From Arenicellales bacterium (GTDB lineage: Bacteria > Pseudomonadota > Gammaproteobacteria > Arenicellales > Poriferihabitantaceae), in assembly GCA_028285795.1 (NCBI GenBank), contig JAPYNL010000020.1:1622-65621 (forward strand): a stretch of 64,000 bases of DNA, read 5' to 3'. The translations under genes were made by a program, and so were the position numbers. Under the pieces are notes generated by a model. That model had not been told where the DNA came from. It did not search any database and saw only the letters and a program-made list of their open reading frames with translations. Below are positions 20,028-30,890 of the stretch, one piece after another (positions within the stretch are counted from its first letter, which is position 1; every line of letters starts with the position of its first letter).

Positions 20028-20486
20028 ATGTTTCGGGGTTCATCATCAGTAGCGCTTGATAGCAAGGGCAGACTGGCTATACCGGCACGGTATCGCGAGG
20101 CGATTATGGGTGCCTGCAATGGCAGTATGGTTGTCACCCTGAACAATACCAAGGAGCGATGCCTGTGGCTCTATACCATTGACGAATGGACCAAAGTGGA
20201 ACGCAAAATCGTTGAATTGCCGAGCTTCAATCCTGAACATCAAAAGCTTAAACGGTTCGTGGTTGGACACGCCAATGATGTTGACATGGACAGCAATGGA
20301 AGGATTCTCCTGCCGGCTCACTTGAGAGAGTTTGCGGATATGGAGAAGAGCGCATTCATCATCGGACAGGGCAATAAGTTCGAGATCTGGAGCAGGGATC
20401 AATGGGTTGCCAGGCAGGCGGAGTGGCTGGAGCAACCCCTCGACCCATCTGCAATTACCCTGGAAATGGAACAACTGTCAATTTGA
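20028..20486 (+). CDS. mraZ: Transcriptional regulator MraZ
   Basis: 152 aa beginning MFRGSSSVALDSKGRLAIPARYRE, with a second SpoVT/AbrB-like repeat (DSNGRILLPAHLRE). Confidence 0.95.
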   Translation: MFRGSSSVALDSKGRLAIPARYREAIMGACNGSMVVTLNNTKERCLWLYTIDEWTKVERKIVELPSFNPEHQKLKRFVVGHANDVDMDSNGRILLPAHLREFADMEKSAFIIGQGNKFEIWSRDQWVARQAEWLEQPLDPSAITLEMEQLSI

Positions 20487-20496
20487 TCGACATGCG

Positions 20497-21429
20497 ATGA
20501 CTCATGCCGAACACATCCCTGTCATGACCAGAGAGATGCTTGACATCATTCAGCCGGAGCAATGTCAGGCAGTCGTTGATGCAACCTATGGCCGTGGAGG
20601 TCATGCCACAGCCATATATTGCCGGCTTCCACCGCATGCCCGCCTGGTTCTCGTCGACCGGGACCCTGAGGCCATCGCACATGCCAAAGCAGCATGGCAG
20701 GCCATTCAAGAGGTCGATATCGTTCACGCTCCCTTTTCAAGATTGAGCGAAGAGTTGAAGGCACTGAATCTGTTTGGAAGAGTGGATGCAGTCATTTTCG
20801 ACTTCGGCGTTTCATCTCCTCAACTGGATAGCCGTGATCGGGGATTCAGCTTCAGTCATGACGGCCCGCTGGACATGCGCATGGACAATTCATCAGGCCC
20901 AACCGCACTCGAATGGATAATCTCTACACCTGAAAAAAAACTGGCGCAGGCACTCCGGGATTATGGGGAAGAGCGGCTATCGAGAGTCATTGCATCATCC
21001 ATAAAGCGGGCTCTGTCAAATGGTTCAATCCAGACCACTCGCGATCTGGAAAAGGTGGTCGTCGCTGCCCAGCCATTCAAGGACAAGCACAAGCATCCTG
21101 CAACCCGCACATTTCAGGCTATTCGTATCGCTGTCAATGAGGAACTCTCGGAGATTGAACGGGGGCTGGAACAGGCACTCGAGGCATTGTCACCGGGTGG
21201 GCGACTGGTTGCGATCAGTTTTCATTCGATGGAGGACCGGATCGTCAAGCGATTTATCCGCAATGAATCACGTGGCGATCCCTATCCACCTGATTTCCCT
21301 GTATTCAGCAACATGATTCACCCGCGACTACGGCAGATTGGCAGGCACCTCAAGCCAAGTGCCGAGGAGATCCATGTGAACCCACGCTCACGCAGTGCTG
21401 TATTCCGGGCAGCCCAAAAAGTCGCATGA
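20497..21429 (+). CDS. rsmH: 16S rRNA (cytosine1402-N4)-methyltransferase RsmH
   Basis: Start trimmed to ATG 20497 (MTHAEHIPVM), giving 310 aa. Motifs DATYGRGGHA, GVSSPQLD and SFHSMEDRIVK are present. Confidence 0.93.
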   Translation: MTHAEHIPVMTREMLDIIQPEQCQAVVDATYGRGGHATAIYCRLPPHARLVLVDRDPEAIAHAKAAWQAIQEVDIVHAPFSRLSEELKALNLFGRVDAVIFDFGVSSPQLDSRDRGFSFSHDGPLDMRMDNSSGPTALEWIISTPEKKLAQALRDYGEERLSRVIASSIKRALSNGSIQTTRDLEKVVVAAQPFKDKHKHPATRTFQAIRIAVNEELSEIERGLEQALEALSPGGRLVAISFHSMEDRIVKRFIRNESRGDPYPPDFPVFSNMIHPRLRQIGRHLKPSAEEIHVNPRSRSAVFRAAQKVA

Positions 21430-21439
21430 GGCATGAAAG

Positions 21440-21730
21440 GTGAGATCTGCAGCCACCATGTGGATACTCCTGACGCTGGTTGTGATCAGTTCATTTGCAG
21501 TAATGACCGTTCGCCATCAGCACCGTATCGTTTTTGACCAGTTCCATCAGGCCCGCGAGCAACACGATCGACATCAGATGGACTGGGGTCGGCTATTGCT
21601 GGAGAAGGCGACCTGGACGACCACCCAGCGGGTTGGCAACATCAAAAAGGATGCTACCGAGAGATTGGGCATGGCTCCGCCTGATCCCGGGGAAATCATG
21701 TTGGTTTCGCTCGGCAAATCACCAAAGTGA
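21440..21730 (+). CDS. ftsL: Cell division protein FtsL
   Basis: 96-aa bitopic protein (one TM, then a coiled region) in the conserved slot between rsmH and ftsI. Non-ATG start. Confidence 0.8.
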   Translation: MRSAATMWILLTLVVISSFAVMTVRHQHRIVFDQFHQAREQHDRHQMDWGRLLLEKATWTTTQRVGNIKKDATERLGMAPPDPGEIMLVSLGKSPK

Positions 21731-23460
21731 ACACCTCGTCAATGTCTTCAAATCAAGATTTGTTCGAGCTCGTTTCAGGCAGGATGAGATTCGTCCTGGC
21801 GGCGGTATTCCTGTTGTTTCTCGCACTGATTGCCCGAATTGCCTACCTGCAAACTGCCATGCACCAGCAATTGATTACCGAAGGAGAGAACCGGTTTGAG
21901 CGTGTGCTCAAGATTTCAGCGCAGCGTGGCAATATTCTGGATCGAAATGGCCAGATTCTCTCGACCAGCACCCCGGTTGATTCATTGGCGGCCAATCCGG
22001 AAGTTTTTTGCCAGAGCCGGAATCGCTGGCAAGAGCTCGCGGACACCGCAGGCGTTGATGTACAGCTCGTGAATGAACGATGCAGCCATTACGGTGACGC
22101 CCGATTTATGTATGTGTTGAAGGGTATCTCGCCCGAGCGTGCCCAACAGGCCATTGATCTTCGTGTGCCTGGGCTTGAGATCAGACGCGAATACAAGCGA
22201 TTCTTTCCCGGCGGCCCCATTGGTGCACAGCTGATCGGGCTGACCAACAGCAACGACAGGGGGCAGGAGGGACTGGAACTCAAATTTGACGATTTGCTGA
22301 CCGGAGAGGAAGGCATACACCGAGTCCTCAAGGACAGAATCGGACGATATGTCGAAGCCATCGATAATCCACGCACGGTACGACATGGCGCGGACCTGCA
22401 GATCAGCATAGATCAGCGAATTCAGTCTTTGGCCACCCAGTACCTGGAGGATGCGGTCAAAAAGCACAAGGCAGCAGGGGGTAGCATTGTTCTCGTCAAA
22501 GTGCCCAGTGGGGAAATCATTGCAATGGTCAACGCCCCCCAGTTCAACCCCAATGACCGCACTACTGTAACTCACGGAGTACTTCGGAATCGGGTGGTAA
22601 CCGATGCCATTGAACCCGGCTCGCTTGCCAAGCCATTCACTATTGCAATGCTTCTCGAAGAAGGGCGGATCAACCCCGATACCATCGTCGATACCCATCC
22701 CGGAGAAATGCACATCGGCCGTAACCGAATTCAGGATGTTCGAAACTACGGGGAACTGGCAGTCACGGACATTGTGGCAAAATCAAGCAATGTCGGGACC
22801 GTGAAACTCGCTCTGGAGGTGCCTTTCGCTAAATTGCACGGTGCCTTGGCGCGTGTGGGTTTTGGCGATGCGGCCAGCGACTTGCCGGGTGAATCGGCGG
22901 GATTCCTTCCTGTCCGCAAGCGACCAATCGAACATGCAACCATGTCCTTTGGGTATGGCTTCAGTGCGACAGCACTACAGATTGCACGAGCTTATACGGT
23001 ATTTGCCACAGATGGGGTCTTGCTGGACCTGACCATCGAGCCAAAACCTGCGGGGTACACGGCTCCCGGAGAGCCCGTCTTCAGTCCCGAAACCGCATTT
23101 CAGATTCGGCAAATGCTGCGCAAGGTTGCCTCGCAGGATGGTACCGCATCCAAGGCACAAATTTCGGGTTATGAAGTTGGCGGCAAGACGGGAACGACTC
23201 ACAAGCTGGTGGACGGCAGCTACAGGAATAAGGATTACCTGTCGCTGTTTGCAGGGTTTGGGCCGATTTCGAACCCGCAATTTGTAGGTCTGGTGATGAT
23301 TGACGAGCCTCGATCAAAACAGTATTTCGGTGGTGCGGTCGCAGCTCCGGTCTTCTCCAGACTGATGGAGGATGTGATGCGGATTTACGATGTCCGTCCC
23401 GATGATCTTGAGACACTGATTACGGATACCGCGACAGTGGCCAGAGGAGGCATGGGATGA
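21727..23460 (+). CDS. ftsI: Peptidoglycan D,D-transpeptidase FtsI (PBP3)
   Basis: 577 aa with transpeptidase motifs (KSSN at AKSSNVGT, GKTGT). Conserved dcw position, with a 4-nt overlap with ftsL. Confidence 0.92.
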   Translation: MNTSSMSSNQDLFELVSGRMRFVLAAVFLLFLALIARIAYLQTAMHQQLITEGENRFERVLKISAQRGNILDRNGQILSTSTPVDSLAANPEVFCQSRNRWQELADTAGVDVQLVNERCSHYGDARFMYVLKGISPERAQQAIDLRVPGLEIRREYKRFFPGGPIGAQLIGLTNSNDRGQEGLELKFDDLLTGEEGIHRVLKDRIGRYVEAIDNPRTVRHGADLQISIDQRIQSLATQYLEDAVKKHKAAGGSIVLVKVPSGEIIAMVNAPQFNPNDRTTVTHGVLRNRVVTDAIEPGSLAKPFTIAMLLEEGRINPDTIVDTHPGEMHIGRNRIQDVRNYGELAVTDIVAKSSNVGTVKLALEVPFAKLHGALARVGFGDAASDLPGESAGFLPVRKRPIEHATMSFGYGFSATALQIARAYTVFATDGVLLDLTIEPKPAGYTAPGEPVFSPETAFQIRQMLRKVASQDGTASKAQISGYEVGGKTGTTHKLVDGSYRNKDYLSLFAGFGPISNPQFVGLVMIDEPRSKQYFGGAVAAPVFSRLMEDVMRIYDVRPDDLETLITDTATVARGGMG

Positions 23461-24974
23461 TAGCGGTGAATGCGCCAGACCATGCCTTCCTTGACCGGCA
23501 GGACATGTGCCTGAGCAAACTCCTTGATGGCTATGCTGTGGTTCCATCCGCCCATGACCGGCCTATTCGCAGACTTGCCGTCAGCAGCCGGGATGTTGAA
23601 TCCGGAGACGTGTTTTTTGCAATGCCGGGCACCCATGCAGACGGGCGTGATTATATCGGCAATGCCGTCGAGCGTCGGGCTTCTGCTGTTGTCTACGAGA
23701 AAACCGGAGCCCGCATCAAGGCCGGTCAGGGCGGGGATGTACCCCTGCTGGCCGTTGAAGGCTTGCGAGATGTGCTGGGTCCTATCGCATCGCGATATTT
23801 CGACTTTCCATCAAGACAGATTCGAGTGCTCGGCGTAACCGGTACCAATGGAAAAACCACGGTTGCCCATCTGATCGCCCAAACCCTGGATTATCTGGGC
23901 ATGCCCTGCGCATATTTTGGCACCATTGGCACGGGCAGGATTGGCAGTCTTGAGCATGCGGGCTTGACCACGGCAGACAGCGTCAGCCTACACGGCATGC
24001 TCGGCAAGCTTGTACAAGCCAAAATCCCGGCATTGAGCATGGAAGTGTCTTCGCACGGTCTGGATCAGGGTCGAGTGAATGGGGTTGAATTTGAGATCGG
24101 AATCTTCACCAACCTGAGTCACGATCACCTTGACTATCACGGAACCCTTGAAAAATACAGTCAGGCCAAACGCAAACTGTTCGAATATCCGGGCATGCTG
24201 GGCATGGTAATCAATACAGATGATGCCTTCGGTCAGGAAGTCGCCAGGTACTGTCGTACCGAAACCCGGGCACGGTGTATGACTTATGGGTTCAATCGCG
24301 GTGCGGATCTATCCCCGACCTCAATTGAACTTGGCATTCACGGAACCGTTTTTGAACTCGATCTTGAAGGGGTTCCCACTCGTTTCGAGTCACGGCTGAT
24401 AGGCCGTTTCAATATATTGAATCTGCTGGCAGCGATTGGGGCCTTGCAGTCTTTCGGGATGGCGTCGAGTCAGATCGTCAGTGCTATCCGTGAAGCCCAG
24501 TCTCCGCCCGGCCGTATGGAACTGTTGCGAATCAGAGACAGATGGCCAAAGGTGATCGTGGATTATGCGCATACTCCCGATGCCCTGAAGCATGCGCTGG
24601 TCTCGCTGAAGGAATTATGCAGGGGCACATTGGTTGCAGTGTTCGGTTGTGGAGGCGAGCGCGATGCCGACAAGCGACCCATGATGGGCGCGATTGCCGA
24701 AGAGTATGCGGATCGGGTGATTCTGACAAATGATAATCCACGCCGGGAATCGCCACGAAGCATCATTGAGGATATCGCCTGCGGTATGCAGTCCTCGCCG
24801 GAGATACGCCCGGATCGAGGCGAAGCAATCCGACTGGCAATCGAAACATCCATGCAAGATGATCTGGTTCTGATTGCCGGCAAGGGACATGAGCAGTTCC
24901 AGGTGACGGGTGAGACAGTGCGGAACTTTAATGATTCAAGTTGGGTCAAAGCGCTGCTGGAGGCTGATGCATGA
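23457..24974 (+). CDS. murE: UDP-N-acetylmuramoyl-L-alanyl-D-glutamate--2,6-diaminopimelate ligase
   Basis: 505 aa with the Mur ligase P-loop GVTGTNGKTT and a DNPR motif (TNDNPRRE) indicating DAP specificity. Confidence 0.93.
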   Translation: MIAVNAPDHAFLDRQDMCLSKLLDGYAVVPSAHDRPIRRLAVSSRDVESGDVFFAMPGTHADGRDYIGNAVERRASAVVYEKTGARIKAGQGGDVPLLAVEGLRDVLGPIASRYFDFPSRQIRVLGVTGTNGKTTVAHLIAQTLDYLGMPCAYFGTIGTGRIGSLEHAGLTTADSVSLHGMLGKLVQAKIPALSMEVSSHGLDQGRVNGVEFEIGIFTNLSHDHLDYHGTLEKYSQAKRKLFEYPGMLGMVINTDDAFGQEVARYCRTETRARCMTYGFNRGADLSPTSIELGIHGTVFELDLEGVPTRFESRLIGRFNILNLLAAIGALQSFGMASSQIVSAIREAQSPPGRMELLRIRDRWPKVIVDYAHTPDALKHALVSLKELCRGTLVAVFGCGGERDADKRPMMGAIAEEYADRVILTNDNPRRESPRSIIEDIACGMQSSPEIRPDRGEAIRLAIETSMQDDLVLIAGKGHEQFQVTGETVRNFNDSSWVKALLEADA

Positions 24975-26359
24975 TGACTTTGTCAGAGGCATCGGCTGCA
25001 GTGGGAGGCGAACTGCATGGCAATGAAGCGTCATTCAATTCAGTCAGCATTGACTCCAGAACCCTGTCTCCGGGAGGCTTGTTCGTGGCGATTTCCGGTA
25101 GGGAGCATGACGGTCATGATTTTGTCACAAAAAGCGCTGAATCCGGTGCAGTCGGTGCCATGGTCTCGAACCTGCAGCCTGCACCCATTGCCCAAATCAA
25201 GGTTGCCGACACCACTCAATCTCTGGGCGTGCTGGCCAAGAACTGGCGAGAGCACTTCAATATACCGGTACTGGCCATTACCGGCAGCAACGGCAAGACC
25301 ACGGTCACTCGAATGGTTACATCCATTCTTCAGCAAGTCGGAGCGTGTCTGGCACCTGAAAAAAGCTTCAACAACCAGTGGGGAGTGCCGCTGACAATCC
25401 TCGGGCTGAACGATTCACACCGGTTTGCGGTAATCGAAATGGGTACCAGCGGACCGGGCGAGATTGACTATCTCTCAAAACTGACAAGACCGACCATCGC
25501 CCTGATCAACAATGTTTCAGCTGCGCATGCCGAAGGGCTAGGTGGCGTCAGGCAAATATCCAGGGCCAAAGCGGAAATTTTCTCCGGCATGGACAAACGG
25601 GGCACGGCCGTTATCAATCTCGATGATTCCTTTCATGGCGAGTGGAAACGCCATTTCAGGAACCGTGTTCCCGATGGAGAAATTCTGACCTTTGGATCTG
25701 GCAGGCAAGCCACGGTTCGTTTTGAAAATCCAAGTCTTGACTGGCGGCAATCCGAGTTCGATCTGGTTATCGATCAACAAGGAGTCCGTATTGAACTGCC
25801 ATTGCCAGGCATCCACAATATCCATAATGCGACCGCCTCGGCGGCCATGGCACATGCCGTCGGTGCTGATCTGGCGTCAATCAAGAAAGGGCTTGAAGGC
25901 GCAACCGGAGCACCCGGCCGCCTGAGCAGGATTGAAGGCATCAGGGGGTCTGAATTGCTTGACGACAGCTATAACGCCAATCCCCGTTCGATCATGGCTG
26001 CCATTGATGTGCTCGCCAGCTATCCGGGCAAGAAAATCCTGGTGCTCGGCGAGATGGCGGAACTCGGAAATTCAGGTCCTGAATGCCATCGCCAGGTTGG
26101 TGCATACGCCAGGCAAAAACACCTTGACCTGTTCTTTTGCTTCGGTCGCCGGACTTCCGAATTAACCGCTTGCTATGTTCAGGGGTTTGGGCAAGGAGCA
26201 GTCCACGCTTCGGATGCCGATGCACTGATTGCCGAATTAATCAGGCATATGGACAGCAACACGGCGGTGCTGGTCAAAGGTTCCCGCTCATCCAGGATGG
26301 AGAACATCGTGGACGGCATTGCTGGCAAGGCAGGGGACAGTGGGGAGGAGTCATGCTGA
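24971..26359 (+). CDS. murF: UDP-N-acetylmuramoyl-tripeptide--D-alanyl-D-alanine ligase
   Basis: 462 aa with ITGSNGKTT and DDSYNANP motifs. Its position after murE is conserved. Confidence 0.93.
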   Translation: MMTLSEASAAVGGELHGNEASFNSVSIDSRTLSPGGLFVAISGREHDGHDFVTKSAESGAVGAMVSNLQPAPIAQIKVADTTQSLGVLAKNWREHFNIPVLAITGSNGKTTVTRMVTSILQQVGACLAPEKSFNNQWGVPLTILGLNDSHRFAVIEMGTSGPGEIDYLSKLTRPTIALINNVSAAHAEGLGGVRQISRAKAEIFSGMDKRGTAVINLDDSFHGEWKRHFRNRVPDGEILTFGSGRQATVRFENPSLDWRQSEFDLVIDQQGVRIELPLPGIHNIHNATASAAMAHAVGADLASIKKGLEGATGAPGRLSRIEGIRGSELLDDSYNANPRSIMAAIDVLASYPGKKILVLGEMAELGNSGPECHRQVGAYARQKHLDLFFCFGRRTSELTACYVQGFGQGAVHASDADALIAELIRHMDSNTAVLVKGSRSSRMENIVDGIAGKAGDSGEESC

Positions 26360-27435
26360 CCTGGATGTTTGAGAATCTTTCCAGGGAATACACGTTTCTC
26401 AATGTGTTTCGGTATCTGACGTTTCGCAGCATTTGCGGCGTTCTCACCAGTATTGTGCTGTTTTTCATGTTTGCGCCAACCATGATCCGCAAACTGAGCT
26501 ATCTCGGCATTGGCCAGAATGTCCGCGACGATGGCCCCGAGACTCACCGGCAAAAAGAGGGTACGCCAACCATGGGCGGCATTCTCGTGCTTGGAGCGGT
26601 CGTCATTACTACCTTGCTCTGGGCAAACCTGGATAACCGCTTCATATGGATCCTGATCTTTACCACCCTCTCATTCGGAATCATCGGCGGGATTGACGAT
26701 TATTCGAAGCTGATCCGCAGGAATTCCAGAGGATTGAGCGCACGCAGCAAGTTTCTGCTTCAGTCACTGGCAGGCATGTCAGTGGCGGTGTTCCTGTACT
26801 GGAGCGCAACAACCCCGGCAGAGACCGAATTACTGTTGCCGTTCTTCAAGAATGTGGCCTTGCCGCTGGGCTGGGGATATCTGCTTCTTGCCTATCTGGT
26901 CATTGTCGGAAGCAGCAATGCCGTGAATCTTACGGACGGTCTGGATGGTCTTGCGATCATGCCGGTTGTCATGGTTTCCGGCGCATTGGCAATCTTTGCC
27001 TACGCGACCGGACATTTCAATTTTTCCTCCTATCTTGGCATCCCCTACATACCGGGTGCTGGCGAAGTTGCCATTTTCTGTGCGGCTCTGGTTGGTGCCG
27101 GTCTTGGTTTCCTCTGGTTTAATGCCTATCCTGCACAGGTATTTCTGGGTGATGTGGGGGCCTTGAGCACGGGTGCAGCGATCGGCCTGGTTGCGGTCAT
27201 TGTCCGTCAGGAAATTGTATTGTTCATTATGGGGGGCGTGTTCGTGATCGAGACGATCTCGGTGATGATCCAGGTTGTCTCCTACAAGATGACGGGCCGC
27301 AGGGTGTTCAAAATGGCACCCCTGCATCATCACTTCGAGCTCAAGGGATGGCCAGAGCCGCGGGTGATCGTGCGCTTCTGGATAATCAGCCTGATCCTGA
27401 TGTTGATCGGGCTTGCCACACTGAAGATCCGATAA
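26353..27435 (+). CDS. mraY: Phospho-N-acetylmuramoyl-pentapeptide transferase
   Basis: Start trimmed to ATG 26353 (MLTWMFENL), overlapping the murF stop, giving 360 aa. Motifs [20 protein letters not shown] and APLHHHFE are present. Confidence 0.95.
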   Translation: MLTWMFENLSREYTFLNVFRYLTFRSICGVLTSIVLFFMFAPTMIRKLSYLGIGQNVRDDGPETHRQKEGTPTMGGILVLGAVVITTLLWANLDNRFIWILIFTTLSFGIIGGIDDYSKLIRRNSRGLSARSKFLLQSLAGMSVAVFLYWSATTPAETELLLPFFKNVALPLGWGYLLLAYLVIVGSSNAVNLTDGLDGLAIMPVVMVSGALAIFAYATGHFNFSSYLGIPYIPGAGEVAIFCAALVGAGLGFLWFNAYPAQVFLGDVGALSTGAAIGLVAVIVRQEIVLFIMGGVFVIETISVMIQVVSYKMTGRRVFKMAPLHHHFELKGWPEPRVIVRFWIISLILMLIGLATLKIR

Positions 27436-27438
27436 GCC

Positions 27439-28636
27439 ATGACAGCCCTCTCGCAACATCAGCAGCCAATGAAGTCGATTCTGGTTATCGGGCTTGGAAT
27501 CAGCGGGTATTCGGTCATACGCCATCTCGCCTTGCAACCCGTCAGTCTGACTGTTGCCGATACGCGCGAGATACCGCCGTATTTGAATTCGTTAAGGGAG
27601 CACTACCCTGGAGTCAAGGCGATAACGGAATGGATTCCGCCCGGGAATCTGGACGATTTTGATGAAATCGTGATAAGTCCAGGCATCGATCTGCCCGAGT
27701 CGGTGAAGGTCAGCAACCTGGTGGGCGACATTGAGCTTTTTGCAAGAACGGTCCAGGCACCGGTGATTGGAGTTACCGGATCAAACGGCAAGTCAACCGT
27801 AACCATGCTGGTTCGTGACATGTTGCTCGCTGCCGGTAAAACGGTGGCTGCAGGAGGCAATCTTGGCACTCCGGCTCTGGATTTGCTCGAGGAAGAGAAG
27901 CCCGATTTTTACCTGCTTGAGTTATCGAGTTTTCAGCTGGAAACCGTTTGTAACCTGAATCTGGCGGCAGCGGCAATTCTCAACATCAGCGAAGACCATT
28001 TGGATCGGCATGCGACCATTCAGGCCTATAGGGACACCAAGCTGAGAATTTTCCGGAATGCGGAACAGGCCGTCATCAATCGCGATGATCATCATTTGCG
28101 TCAGGTATCTACCGGGAGGGCTGGCAATCCCATTGGCTTCGGATTGCAATCTGCCGCTCAAGACTGTGAGTTCGGCATCCGTGAGCAGAATGGCACACGA
28201 ATTCTCATGCATGGCGAGCAGCCGTTGATCCGGGAAGATCAGCTCAGCATTCAGGGCAACTCTCATGTCCTGAATGTACTGGCCGGGTGCTGCCAAGGCT
28301 GCGATCTTGAGTTTCAATCAGCCCATCATCCTGATTGTCGGGGGGCAGGGCAAGGGTGCAGATTTCAGCGATCTGGGACAAGTGATCAGGCAGAAGGTTC
28401 GCCATGTCATCCTGATCGGCGAGGATGCCGACATCATTGATGCGGCTCTTTCTGACAGTACTCAAAGAAGCAGTGCCTTCTCGCTGGAGCAGGCCGTGGA
28501 AATGGCCGGAAAGCTGGCAGGTACGGGTGAGGTGGTGCTGTTCTCTCCCGCCTGCGCCAGTTATGACATGTTTGAAAGCTACATCCACAGGGGAGAGGCT
28601 TTCAGCGAAATCGTTTCCAAACGGGTGAAGGCGTGA
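27439..28636 (+). pseudogene. murD: UDP-N-acetylmuramoylalanine--D-glutamate ligase, apparently frameshifted and missing an internal segment
   Basis: Frame 1 reads normal MurD (GVTGSNGKST ... GNSHVLNVLAG) up to about 28287, then degenerates. The C-terminal MurD sequence (IILIVGGQGKGADF ... VLFSPACASYDMFESYIHRGEAF) continues in the +1 frame (track ORF 28274..28636). The region that carries the GLxHR and NDSKATN motifs in E. coli and Pseudomonas MurD is absent. Confidence 0.7.
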
Positions 28637-29817
28637 TCACGGCGAATTTCTTCAGGTCCAGCTCGAAAGAGATCCAGGTTTCCGATAGCTCCTTCGGCAT
28701 CGGAAGCAGTCAATTGTTCATGATTGTCTCCCTGCTGATGGTCTTTGGCCTGATAATGGTTTTTTCTGCGACCGTAATCAGCTCGGATCAGTCGCTGACC
28801 CCAAATTATCAGAAATTCTTGCGGCATCTGGGCCATACCGCGATCAGCCTGATTGTGATGTGGGCAGTCTCCCATGTCAGCATTGAGTGGATACAGCAAT
28901 ACAGCAAGTGGATAATGGGGGTCGGTATTGCAATGCTGGCACTGGTTTTGATTCCGGGTATCGGGGTCGAAATTAATGGCAGTCGACGATGGATTGATGT
29001 TGGTATGGCAAGGCTTCAACCTGCTGAACTCACCAAGATCATGATCATGGTTTTCTTTGCGGCCCACCTCTCTCGACATCGCCACCAAGTCCGGACCCGC
29101 CGAATCTGGCTGTCGTTTTTTCTGGTACTGGTCCCTGTCTGCCTGTTGCTGCTGTTCCAGCCGGATCTCGGGATGGCCATGGTGATCGCGATGACCATCA
29201 GCATCATGCTGTTCGTGGCTGGCGCCCGTTTGATGGATTTTCTGATATTCGGCTCTTTGGGCGTTGTCGCCATTGCGGTGTTGATTGTGTCTGTCGATTA
29301 TCGCCGGGAAAGGCTATTCGGCTATCTCGATCCATTCAATGACCCTACCGGTAGTGGCTATCAACTGGTTCAGTCACTGATTGCAATTGGCCGTGGAGAG
29401 TGGTTCGGGGTTGGCTTGGGAAACAGTATTCAGAAGCTGTTCTATCTGCCCTTTGGGGAGAATGATTTTCTGATCGCGATTGTTGGCGAGGAGCTGGGCT
29501 CGCTCGGAATCATTGTCATCATAATGCTGTTTGCAGCCCTGATGTGGACGGTATTTCAACTTGCAAGAAGCTGCTGGTCACAGGGATACATGTTCTGCTG
29601 CTTCCTGGCGCTTGGCGTCGGCTTCCAGATTTCATTTCAGGCGATTGTCCATGTCGGGGTCAACATTGGGCTGTTGCCCACGACAGGCCTGACCTTGCCC
29701 TTCATTAGCTACGGCGGGAGCAGCATGCTGAGTTCGATGATCGGAATCGGATTATTGCTTGCGGTTGAACGACACATCAAGTGCTGTAGTGAACATGCCA
29801 TGGAGGAATATGCATGA
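28633..29817 (+). CDS. ftsW: Peptidoglycan glycosyltransferase / lipid II flippase FtsW
   Basis: 394 aa, polytopic SEDS-family sequence (RWIDVGMARLQPAELTKI, PFISYGGSS). The GTG start overlaps the murD stop. Confidence 0.9.
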   Translation: MITANFFRSSSKEIQVSDSSFGIGSSQLFMIVSLLMVFGLIMVFSATVISSDQSLTPNYQKFLRHLGHTAISLIVMWAVSHVSIEWIQQYSKWIMGVGIAMLALVLIPGIGVEINGSRRWIDVGMARLQPAELTKIMIMVFFAAHLSRHRHQVRTRRIWLSFFLVLVPVCLLLLFQPDLGMAMVIAMTISIMLFVAGARLMDFLIFGSLGVVAIAVLIVSVDYRRERLFGYLDPFNDPTGSGYQLVQSLIAIGRGEWFGVGLGNSIQKLFYLPFGENDFLIAIVGEELGSLGIIVIIMLFAALMWTVFQLARSCWSQGYMFCCFLALGVGFQISFQAIVHVGVNIGLLPTTGLTLPFISYGGSSMLSSMIGIGLLLAVERHIKCCSEHAMEEYA

Positions 29818-30890
29818 CGAAAATCATGATTTTGGCTGGTGGAACCGGAGGGCATGTCATGCCTGCCCTGGCGGTTGCTGAAGAACTGGCAAATCAGCAG
29901 GTTGAACTCTCCTGGATTGGAACAGTCAAGGGCCTTGAGTCGCGTCTGGTGCCGATGGCGGGGATTGCTCTTGACACGATTTCCGTCAGGGGCTTGCGGG
30001 GCCGCGGCATGACCGGGCTGTTGAAGCTGCCATTCATGATGGCAAGAGCCATGTCGCAAGCCTTCAGGATTATCCGGAAAAGACAGCCGGATGCGATTGT
30101 CGGCATGGGAGGATTTGTATCGGGACCCGGCGGACTGATGGGAGCAGTCATGGGCTTGCCGCTACTCCTGCATGAACAAAATTCAGTTGCAGGATGGACC
30201 AACAGGTTCCTGGCAAAGATCGCAAGAGTGGTGATGTCCGGATTTCCTTGCCCGCGAGGAATTCGACAGTCGGTATGGACCGGCAACCCGGTTCGCAGCA
30301 GTATTTCCGGTATTCCCGGGCCGGCAGAGCGCTTGTCCGGCATTTCATCCATGACGCGCATTCTAGTGCTGGGAGGGAGTCAGGGGGCAGCAGTGTTTAA
30401 CCGTGATTTGCCGGAGTTGCTGGGCAAGTCAGGACTCGACAATCTGGAAGTATGGCATCAGTGCGGTGAGCGCGATGCCTCCACCATTGTCGCTGAATAT
30501 GAACGGCTGGGGATTGAATGCCGGGTAGACCGGTTCATTGATGACATGGCCGACGCCTATGCCTGGAGTCATGCGGTTATCTGTCGGGCCGGGGCCATGA
30601 CCATTGCTGAAATCTGCTGCGCCGGGGTGGCGGCAATTCTGGTGCCGTATCCGCATGCCGTGGACGACCACCAGGCAGTCAATGCTGAATTTTTGGTCAA
30701 TCACCGGGCCGCCCTGATGTTTCGCGAGCAGGAATGGCACAGGGGTGACTGGCTGGCTGACCTGAAACGCCTCATGGAAACTCCCGGAGCATTGATTGCA
30801 ATGGCCAGTGCGGCACGTGCGCTTGGCAAGCCCGAAGCTTCCCGGTCGGTCGCAAAAACCTGTCTGGAGGCCGCATGCGCGAGTTTGTAG
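29814..30890 (+). CDS. murG: UDP-N-acetylglucosamine--N-acetylmuramyl-(pentapeptide) pyrophosphoryl-undecaprenol GlcNAc transferase
   Basis: 358 aa starting MILAGGTGGHVMPALAVAEEL, with HEQN and RAGAMTIAE motifs. Confidence 0.93.
   Translation: MTKIMILAGGTGGHVMPALAVAEELANQQVELSWIGTVKGLESRLVPMAGIALDTISVRGLRGRGMTGLLKLPFMMARAMSQAFRIIRKRQPDAIVGMGGFVSGPGGLMGAVMGLPLLLHEQNSVAGWTNRFLAKIARVVMSGFPCPRGIRQSVWTGNPVRSSISGIPGPAERLSGISSMTRILVLGGSQGAAVFNRDLPELLGKSGLDNLEVWHQCGERDASTIVAEYERLGIECRVDRFIDDMADAYAWSHAVICRAGAMTIAEICCAGVAAILVPYPHAVDDHQAVNAEFLVNHRAALMFREQEWHRGDWLADLKRLMETPGALIAMASAARALGKPEASRSVAKTCLEAACASL

Noticed and set aside
20332-20496. N-terminal extensions of track ORFs (rsmH from 20332, mraY from 26137, gor to 11481, pyrD to 52927, mutT from 42044, sufD from 46394, lpxC from 37111)
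   Set aside because: The extensions overlap the preceding genes and carry no conserved sequence. Internal ATGs reproduce canonical N-termini and typical protein lengths.
21982-22713. 243-aa minus-strand ORF. The same applies to 26830..27537, 30429..31094, 59710..60486, 18539..19210, 36190..36729 and 41295..41972.
   Set aside because: All of these lie antisense inside highly conserved genes (ftsI, mraY, murG/murC, mrcA, NUDIX, ftsZ, argJ). They are shadow ORFs with no motif support.
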